Shown piece by piece: positions 1 through 6,424 of a stretch of 32,000 bases of DNA; position 1 is the first letter of the stretch, and each line of letters begins with the position of its first letter. The stretch is taken from the NCBI GenBank assembly GCA_045617125.1, contig JAZLIA010000114.1, forward strand, positions 3,690-35,689, in the 5' to 3' direction. Below the pieces are notes generated by a model. It was not told the DNA's origin and did no database searches. It saw nothing but the letters and a program-made list of their open reading frames with translations. Origin of the DNA: Clostridia bacterium. GTDB taxonomy: Bacteria; Bacillota; Clostridia; Christensenellales; Aristaeellaceae. The translations under genes were made by a program, and so were the position numbers.

Positions 1-18
1 AAGAATAATAGTTCATTT

Positions 19-44
19 GCCCGGGCTTCTGCCCGGGTTTTTTT
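19..44 (+). terminator. Rho-independent terminator of a gene lying upstream of the window
   Basis: GC stem cccgggc (20-26) / gcccggg (31-37) with 4-nt loop ttct, followed directly by seven T (38-44). Confidence 0.8.
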
Positions 45-127
45 ATTCCTTCTGGTTCGTTGTATGCGGACGGTTTCTTATAAAGAAACAAATTGTTATC
101 ATTCATCCGATACGCATCATGTGCGGC

Positions 128-155
128 TTGACTTTTTCTCCTCTCCGTATACAAT
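128..155 (+). promoter_or_regulatory. Putative sigma-A promoter of the MATE operon
   Basis: TTGACT (128-133), 16-nt spacer, TACAAT (150-155), about 35 nt upstream of the ATG at 191. Confidence 0.5.
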
Positions 156-190
156 GAAGAAGGATTTTTTGATGAAAGGATCTTTTCCTG

Positions 191-1585
191 ATGGTTCTGC
201 AAAAATACTTCGGAACAAAAAAGTTTTACAAATCCGTTCTTCTTCTGCTCATTCCCATTGTAATCCAGCAATTCATCTCCAACTTTGTCTCACTGCTCGA
301 TAATATCATGGTTGGCGGTCTTGGCAGCAACAGCATCAGCGCCGTTGCCATCGTCAATCAGGTGATCAGTGTTTACAATCTGGCCATATTCGGCGGGCTG
401 AGCGGCTGCAGCATTTTCGGCGCCCAGTTTTTCGGCAAGAACGATATGGACGGCATGCGGCACACCTTCCGCTTCAAGGTATACTTTGGCTTCATCGTCA
501 CCCTGATCGGGATCGTTTTACTGGCCCTTTTCGGAAACATCTTTTTCTCCCTGTTTCTCACCGGTGAAGGCAGCGATTCCGATCCTGCCTTGATTTTGAA
601 GGAAGCCGGGGAATATACTTCCGTCATGCTGTGGGGACTCATTCCGTTCATGGTGGTACAGGTGTATGCCGGAACGCTCCGTGAAGCCGGTAACACCATC
701 GTGCCCATGGTGAGCGGCATCATTGCCATTGCGGTCAATCTGTTCGGCAATTACCTGCTTATCGAAGGGCATCTGGGATGTCCCCGTCTGGAAGTAAAGG
801 GAGCGGCTATTGCGACCGTGGCAAGCCGTTATGTGGAAATGCTGTGCGTGGTGCTTTACAGTCACTTGCACACCCAACGTTTCCCCTTCTTCAAAAAAGC
901 CTATCGCAGCGGTTATATTCCTTTATCACTGATAAAGAGGATCGCGGTCACAGGCACTCCCCTTCTGATCAACGAGATCCTTTGGTCTCTTGGTATGACC
1001 TATATCAACCAGATCTATTCCACCCGTTCGCTGGACGCGATGGCGGCGCTCAATATTTCCGGAACTGCCTGGAACCTGTTCTGTGTGATCATGTTCGGCA
1101 TGGGTACGGCAGTATCCATCATGATCGGCCAGCTATTAGGGGCCGGAAAGCTGGAAGAAGCCCGGGATACAAACCGAAAGCTGATCGTGCTCACCGAGAT
1201 CATTCACATCGTGATCGCTATCCTGATGATCCTTGCTGCGCCCTTCATTCCCCTGCTCTACAACGTGTCGGATTCGATCCGTTCTCTTACAGAAAAACTG
1301 TTGGTGATCGCAGGTGCTTCCCTGCCCCTTCATTCCTTTGCGCATGTTACTTATTTCACGATCCGCTCCGGCGGAAAAACGCTGATCACCTTCCTGTTTG
1401 ACGCGGTCTACACCTGGTGCGTCACAGTAGCCCTGGCCTATATTCTGTGTTATTTTACGGATATGGATCTGGTAAGCATCTATTTCTGCGTTCAGTTCAT
1501 TGACATTATCAAACTGGTTATCGGCATTCTCATGCTCAGAAGCGATTTCTGGGCTCAAAATATCGTAAAGGAAGATCAGAAATGA
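191..1585 (+). CDS. MATE family multidrug/toxin efflux transporter
   Basis: 464-aa polytopic ORF. The N-terminus KSVLLLLIPIVIQQFISNFVSLLDNIMVGGLG is the typical MATE TM1 signature. About 12 hydrophobic segments in two similar halves. ATG preceded by aaagga. Confidence 0.9.
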   Translation: MVLQKYFGTKKFYKSVLLLLIPIVIQQFISNFVSLLDNIMVGGLGSNSISAVAIVNQVISVYNLAIFGGLSGCSIFGAQFFGKNDMDGMRHTFRFKVYFGFIVTLIGIVLLALFGNIFFSLFLTGEGSDSDPALILKEAGEYTSVMLWGLIPFMVVQVYAGTLREAGNTIVPMVSGIIAIAVNLFGNYLLIEGHLGCPRLEVKGAAIATVASRYVEMLCVVLYSHLHTQRFPFFKKAYRSGYIPLSLIKRIAVTGTPLLINEILWSLGMTYINQIYSTRSLDAMAALNISGTAWNLFCVIMFGMGTAVSIMIGQLLGAGKLEEARDTNRKLIVLTEIIHIVIAILMILAAPFIPLLYNVSDSIRSLTEKLLVIAGASLPLHSFAHVTYFTIRSGGKTLITFLFDAVYTWCVTVALAYILCYFTDMDLVSIYFCVQFIDIIKLVIGILMLRSDFWAQNIVKEDQK

Positions 1586-2193
1586 AACGAACGGTTTTGA
1601 TACATTTCTTCTCACTTCTTCTTTCTCTGCTGCTTTTCCTGCCGCTTTCCACATCTCTTGCGGATACAACGGAAGCAGAGTTCACCTACCGGCTATGCGC
1701 GGATGATTCCGCGGCGCTTCTCTCCTACACAGGAACAGAGAAAACCGTTACCATTCCGGAAAAGATCGACGGTCATCCCGTTTCTTTCATCGAAAGCAGT
1801 TGTTTTCTTTCCTCCAAAAAGCTTTCCACGGTTCTGATTCCTTTCCCGGTCACGATCCGTTCCGCCGCGTTCAACAGCTGCGAGGCACTCTGCCAGGTCA
1901 TTTTCCTTTCAGATACCGGTAAAAACACCGATGCCGATCTTCTTTCAAATTGCCCGGATGCAATGCTTTATATTAGTCAGGACTGTGAATCGCTTCTGTC
2001 GCTTGCAGAAGAAAACAACATTCCTTTCACCATCTTTGATACACTCTACATCGCAAATGGAAAAACCAAGAAGCTGCATTATCCCGCTTGTGCCTCTGTG
2101 AAGGATATGAGTGAAAAAAACAAGCTGTTCCTATTTGACAGGGATGAGGCAGTCAGCCTGGGGCTCGTTCCCTGCAAGCGCTGCAACCCGTAA
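1582..2193 (+). CDS. Secreted leucine-rich-repeat (BspA-type) protein with C-terminal Ada-like zinc-binding motif
   Basis: ATGA start/stop overlap with the MATE gene; RBS aaggaag. Signal peptide MKRTVLIHFFSLLLSLLLFLPLSTSLA. LRR_5-like segment TIPEKIDGHPVSFIESSCF...IRSAAFNSCEAL. C-terminus LHYPACASVKDMSEKNKLFLFDRDEAVSLGLVPCKRCNP matches the H/C-x3-C...N..F....eA...G..PCkrC.P pattern of the Ada N-terminal Zn site. Confidence 0.75.
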   Translation: MKRTVLIHFFSLLLSLLLFLPLSTSLADTTEAEFTYRLCADDSAALLSYTGTEKTVTIPEKIDGHPVSFIESSCFLSSKKLSTVLIPFPVTIRSAAFNSCEALCQVIFLSDTGKNTDADLLSNCPDAMLYISQDCESLLSLAEENNIPFTIFDTLYIANGKTKKLHYPACASVKDMSEKNKLFLFDRDEAVSLGLVPCKRCNP

Positions 2194-2302
2194 TGAAGAA
2201 AACATTTTCTTATTTTCCGTCTTCAGAATACCCTTTTCCCAAATTTCTTCAAAATCATGGAATACAGAAAAATCACTGCTGCAAGATTCAGCGCACATAC
2301 AT

Positions 2303-2569
2303 ATGAATCATTCGGTTGAAACAAAATCGATCATTCTGCAAACCCTGTCCGCTCCCTGCGAATGCAGATGCCGTTATTGTTTGCTTTCATGGGATGGTCA
2401 TCCCATTGGTGCGAATTATGAGCGCAGCAAGCAGTATGCAAGGGATTTCTACCACTATATTCAGGAAAAACGCCCGGATTTACATCTTCACTTCACCTTT
2501 GGATGCATAACAGGAAAAATATCTGCCGATGTTCAGGCGGTCATCCTTATCACACATCGTCAAACATAA
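2303..2569 (+). pseudogene. 5' remnant of a radical SAM enzyme gene (88 codons only)
   Basis: MNHSVETKSIILQTLSAPCECRCRYCLL contains a CxxxCxxC cluster motif (C-ECR-C-RY-C) at the position usual for radical SAM N-termini. The ORF stops after 88 aa and runs straight into a terminator and a convergent gene, so there is no room for the rest of the roughly 200+ aa core. Confidence 0.4.
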
Positions 2570-2627
2570 AAATCGGCACAGCCGGAATGATCCGTCCGTA
2601 CCAATCCTGTTTTAAAAATTCTTTAAT

Positions 2628-2649
2628 GGGCTGCCCTTTCGGGCAGCCC
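2628..2649. terminator. Bidirectional rho-independent terminator between convergent genes
   Basis: Perfect 9-bp GC stem gggctgccc / gggcagccc with loop tttc. T-rich on both sides (minus strand reads ATTAAAGAATTTTT after the stem). Lies 31 nt below the minus-strand SBP stop at 2680. Confidence 0.8.
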
Positions 2650-2679
2650 ACCTTTTAACCAATAAACTTATTCAGTTGA

Positions 2680-4020
2680 TCAGTTGCCATTGAAGATGTC
2701 GCACAGGGACTGCCAAGCAGGCATACCGGCTTCAACGATCTCCGCAGGAGTGCCGTTGCCAAGAGCCCACAGCAGGTTGCTGCCGATAACATCGTTGTTG
2801 GAGCCCAGCAGGAACAGCTTGTAAGCGCAAGCGTGATCGTTGCCGCGCATCATGGCATAGGTCTCATACACGGCGCGCTCGTCGGTGTAGAGGATCTTGT
2901 TGCCAACCCAGGTCTCGTTCTCTTCGCCGCCGTTCACATCATAGGTGTACAGGTCATAGATCTGCTGCAGCTTGAGAGAGGTTTCTTCGTCATACACATT
3001 GGGAATACCATAGATGTTGGGGCAGGCCAAAGCCATGTAGTCAGCACCCTTGGGTCCCTTGGGGAACATCACAGCGCCCCATTCATCGGCCATGTCAGCC
3101 ATTTCGGAACCATCGTTGAAGCCCTGCCAGGTCTGGCCGGCATAGAAAGCGGTGGTGCCTTCCTTCCAATAGGACTTGAACCAATCCCACTGGGTATCGG
3201 CAGGCTGAGGAGCAGCATAGGTGTTCCAGGTGTCAATACGGAACTGCAGAGCTTCCAGAGCGGCGTCAGTGCCCATCACGGGAGCCAGCTTGCCATCAAC
3301 GGTGTCAAAGAAGTTAGCGCCATTGGAGATGACGAGGCCGATGGTGAAGTCATCACCGGAACCGGTCATGCCGTAAACATCGATAACGCCATCGTTATCC
3401 ACGTCGCGCTGAACCTTGGCCATGATTTCGGTCATCATATCCCAAGTCCAGGTGCCGTCAGCCTGAGCATCATAGATGGTGTTGTAGTCCACACCGGCTT
3501 CTTCCAGAACACGCTTATTGAAGAAGATGCAGGAACGGGGCTCGTTAGCACCAACGTTCACACCGAAGACCTTACCGTCCAGGGTAGTGAACTGAGAAGC
3601 GATCGCATTCCACTTGTCGGAGGACAGGTCGATGCTCCAGGGCATATACAGGTTGTTGGCCAGAGCGTTGCCGGCAAAGTCAGAAGCGATGGCGATCAGG
3701 CACAGTTCGCTGTTGTCCTTGTTCATAACGCGGTTAGCCAGTTCGGTGGGGTTGCCTTCCCAATCGCTCAGAGCCTTTTCAACGAGCTTCACGTTGTAGG
3801 TCTCTTCGAGCCAGTCACGATAGGCATAAGTGTTGGCGAGTTCGTCATCGGGATCTTCGTCACGTTCGCCTTTGGACCACCAGTCATAGAAATACACGGT
3901 CTGTCCGCCGAAATCAAGACCTTCGATGATCTCGGGGTAGCCCTCCGGCACTTCAGCCAGAGCAGCGCAGGAAACAACCAGCAGCGCCGCAACCAGCAGC
4001 ATAGCAAGCAGTTTCTTCAT
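2680..4020 (-). CDS. ABC transporter extracellular solute-binding lipoprotein (family 1, carbohydrate/CUT1 type)
   Basis: I start it at ATG 4020 (MKKLLAMLLVAALLVVSCAALAE, lipobox VVSC) with RBS ggaggaatcccc upstream; the longer track ORF start at 4047 has no RBS. The W/Y/D-rich periplasmic binding-protein composition is typical of sugar SBPs. Confidence 0.88.
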   Translation of the reverse strand: MKKLLAMLLVAALLVVSCAALAEVPEGYPEIIEGLDFGGQTVYFYDWWSKGERDEDPDDELANTYAYRDWLEETYNVKLVEKALSDWEGNPTELANRVMNKDNSELCLIAIASDFAGNALANNLYMPWSIDLSSDKWNAIASQFTTLDGKVFGVNVGANEPRSCIFFNKRVLEEAGVDYNTIYDAQADGTWTWDMMTEIMAKVQRDVDNDGVIDVYGMTGSGDDFTIGLVISNGANFFDTVDGKLAPVMGTDAALEALQFRIDTWNTYAAPQPADTQWDWFKSYWKEGTTAFYAGQTWQGFNDGSEMADMADEWGAVMFPKGPKGADYMALACPNIYGIPNVYDEETSLKLQQIYDLYTYDVNGGEENETWVGNKILYTDERAVYETYAMMRGNDHACAYKLFLLGSNNDVIGSNLLWALGNGTPAEIVEAGMPAWQSLCDIFNGN

Positions 4021-4078
4021 GGGGATTCCTCCTTTTTTAATTTGCAACAGACATTCGCCTATTGCTTTGTGTTTACAT

Positions 4079-4107
4079 ATTATAGCATTTCACCTAACTG
4101 TTTGCAA
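4079..4107 (-). promoter_or_regulatory. Near-consensus sigma-A promoter for the 455-aa SBP gene
   Basis: The minus strand reads TTGCAA (4107-4102), exactly 17 nt spacer, TATAAT (4084-4079). It lies about 60 nt upstream of ATG 4020 and downstream of the operon terminator. Confidence 0.7.
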
Positions 4108-4253
4108 GCTTTTTTTATAGATTGCACAAAATGAGAACATAGACCGCAGCAATTGATCATCATAAGCCGGGATCATTTCTGTATGATCAAGCTGACGGCA
4201 GCATGTCTTTCACTCCTTCTTTGATGTTCGTTTTATCATTTTTACAGATCAAA

Positions 4254-4302
4254 AATGCAGCTGTGATACTGAAGGTGCCGCCCTCCGGATCACAGCTGCA
4301 TT
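4254..4302 (-). terminator. Rho-independent terminator ending the long upstream operon
   Basis: Perfect 14-bp inverted repeat aatgcagctgtgat (4254-4267) / atcacagctgcatt (4289-4302) with a 21-nt loop. On the minus strand it is followed by a T run (cattTTTgat). Lies 112 nt below the permease stop at 4414. Confidence 0.75.
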
Positions 4303-4413
4303 CAGGTCGAAATACGTTAGGGATTTTTTAAAAGAGGATTGCTCTGCTCCCGGCAGGTTTTCTGATCTCAAAAGCACTTTTTCCGAAGCATTTCGATCGT
4401 CACGTATACCGGC

Positions 4414-5436
4414 TTATTCCTTGGAACCCGTCATGACCAGACTTTCAACGAAGGTACGCTGAGTGAAAGCATAAAGAACGATCAGCGGGATGCAGCAGAT
4501 AAACACTGCGATAGAAATCAGCTGTAGGGAACGGTTAGGAGCAACGACGACCGCCTGATTGCCTCCAGTGGCAAAGTACTTGGTCATTTCACTGGCCATT
4601 GTACTCATTTCAGTGGAGAAGAGAGTATACTTTGTCAGGAAGTTGCGGGAATAGAACAGGTCGGTCCACTGCCAGACGAACGCAAACAGAAAGCAGCTGG
4701 CGATCGTGGGAACAGCGTCGGGCAGCATGATCTTCACAAAGGTGTGCATGGTTCCGCAGCCATCCACATATGCCGCCTCTTCCAGACTTTCCGGCACGGA
4801 TTTGAAATACTGACGCATCATGAAGATGTAAAGCCCGTTTTTCAAACCCATGCAGGTCAAGCTCATCAAAGCATACGGCCAAATGGATCTTCGTATATTG
4901 AGCGGCTTTCCAGTAATCGCTGTGAAGATCCCGAATATATCAAAATTCGAAAAGTTCTTATAGAGCGATGTCTGGATCGTCTGCGGCGGTATGATGATCA
5001 GCGCGATCACACACGCAAACCAGAATTTCTTCAGCGGAAAATCAAACCTGGCAAAGCCGTATGCCACCAGCGTGCAGGAAATGATCTGCAGCGTAGCAGT
5101 CAGAAGCGATATCCACAGCGTGTTGACCATGGAGTTATCCGGCCAGGAATTCAGCTCCGTAAGATCCGCTACGATCCTGTAGTTGTCCAGAGTAACATTC
5201 CGGGGCAGCAGGATGACCGTGCTGTCATTCAGATCCTTTTCCTGCATCAGACTCATGGACATACGGGTGATCATCGGCTGGATGATCATGAAGCACAGGC
5301 CAAACATCAGCAGCGCCCGGGCCACGGATATCGCGATCTCCTTGCTGCGGCGCTTGAGCAGATAGCCGCCGCTGCGGCGGTTTCTGTCGCTGAATTTCAT
5401 ACTTTTCCCGATATAGACCGTATTATCCTTACTCAT
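4414..5436 (-). CDS. Carbohydrate ABC transporter permease (MalG-like), second pair
   Basis: 340 aa with 6 hydrophobic segments. EAA loop motif LEEAAYVDGCGTMHTFVKIMLPDAVP. 8-nt overlap (ATGAGTAA) with the preceding permease gene. Confidence 0.9.
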   Translation of the reverse strand: MSKDNTVYIGKSMKFSDRNRRSGGYLLKRRSKEIAISVARALLMFGLCFMIIQPMITRMSMSLMQEKDLNDSTVILLPRNVTLDNYRIVADLTELNSWPDNSMVNTLWISLLTATLQIISCTLVAYGFARFDFPLKKFWFACVIALIIIPPQTIQTSLYKNFSNFDIFGIFTAITGKPLNIRRSIWPYALMSLTCMGLKNGLYIFMMRQYFKSVPESLEEAAYVDGCGTMHTFVKIMLPDAVPTIASCFLFAFVWQWTDLFYSRNFLTKYTLFSTEMSTMASEMTKYFATGGNQAVVVAPNRSLQLISIAVFICCIPLIVLYAFTQRTFVESLVMTGSKE

Positions 5437-6424
5437 AAGTCTTCACCACCAGTTTGATAATTGCGGTGCCTACACCGATGATCGCCAGGGCCACACCGAA
5501 ATAGATCCAGCTCATGGCGGAGGCATAACCGAAGTTGCCCTGCCGGTACATCACGGTGCTGGTCACATATTCCATCACCTTGTTATCATTCTTCATGAAG
5601 AAGTCGATGATAGTGTAGATCAGGTTCACCAGAAGCAGCGGGCTCACCATGGGGAAAGTGATCTTCCAGAAGGATTCCCAGGCAGAGCAGCCTTCCACAT
5701 CCGCCGCCTCATACAGGGAGGGAGAAATGGACTGCAGGCCGCTCAGCAGCACGATGATCTGGATGCCGCTGGCCATGACCACGTCATAAATGGCATCGAT
5801 CATTCTGAAGATCACATCAAACACATCACCGGCTACACCGGAAACCGATAGAAGGCTCTCCAGCGCCGCTGAAATATTGACTCCGGAGGCTTCCTCCACA
5901 GAATTGCCAATACCGGTCATCAGGTTATAGAATTCATTGGAGCTTTCGATTCCGGGCAAAACACCGGAAGAAAGGATCACGGGCAGGAAGAAGATGATCC
6001 TGCAGAAGGTCCTGCCCTTGAAATTCTGGTTCAGAATGACCGCGATCACGAAGCTCATCACCAGCGTAGCCACGATATTGATGAGCATACGCCAGATCTC
6101 GCCTTCCAGATCATTCGCTGTGCTGAACAGGTATTTGAAGAAGTTCGGATCGGTCCTGAGCGCATAATTGTAGTTGGTGAAGTTGTTCCATTTGATGATG
6201 TTCAATCCATCAGCAATGCCGTCCACATCACACAGACTCATTGCCAGTGAATTCACGATCGGCTGCAGCAGGAATGCGAAAAAGCCAATGATAAACGGTA
6301 AAATGAACAGAACACCCACACGGGCACGCCGACCCTTGATCGTTCTATAGGGTGCAGTACCTGGAACGTACTGCAGCACGGCATCCCTTGTCCTTTCCAG
6401 GAAGCTGCCCTTTTTTTCACTCAT
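5429..6424 (-). CDS. Sugar ABC transporter permease (MalF-like), second pair
   Basis: 331 aa. EAA motif LYEAADVEGCSAWESFWKITFPMVSP. ATGA overlap with the stop of the 879-aa gene upstream. Confidence 0.9.
   Translation of the reverse strand: MSEKKGSFLERTRDAVLQYVPGTAPYRTIKGRRARVGVLFILPFIIGFFAFLLQPIVNSLAMSLCDVDGIADGLNIIKWNNFTNYNYALRTDPNFFKYLFSTANDLEGEIWRMLINIVATLVMSFVIAVILNQNFKGRTFCRIIFFLPVILSSGVLPGIESSNEFYNLMTGIGNSVEEASGVNISAALESLLSVSGVAGDVFDVIFRMIDAIYDVVMASGIQIIVLLSGLQSISPSLYEAADVEGCSAWESFWKITFPMVSPLLLVNLIYTIIDFFMKNDNKVMEYVTSTVMYRQGNFGYASAMSWIYFGVALAIIGVGTAIIKLVVKTYE

Noticed and set aside
64-303. 79-aa ORF upstream of and overlapping the MATE start.
   Set aside because: It has no RBS, spans the predicted promoter, reads out of frame into the MATE coding sequence, and has non-protein-like composition.
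2111-2302. Upstream part of the 152-aa ORF, which would overlap the LRR gene end.
   Set aside because: The first 64 codons overlap the preceding gene or lie in an AT-rich spacer and show no protein-like features. The radical-SAM-like sequence begins only at the Met at 2303.
4039-4130. Repeated TTGCAA/TTGCAC-like words and a cre-like TGCAAGCT near the SBP promoter.
   Set aside because: One copy is simply the -35 box. The candidate cre fails the central CG of the TGWAANCGNTNWCA consensus. The remaining similarity is at the level expected in AT-rich spacer.
2833-4134. 433-aa plus-strand ORF antisense to the SBP gene. Similar long antisense ORFs occur at 13662-15224, 15297-16073, 18433-19932, 22424-23662, 23887-24999, 29026-30084 and 30136-30762.
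   Set aside because: Each lies fully inside a minus-strand gene with unmistakable family motifs. Their translations are low-complexity and rich in H, R, G and V, with no motifs and no RBS. Stop-codon depletion in the antisense frame of strongly biased coding sequence explains them.
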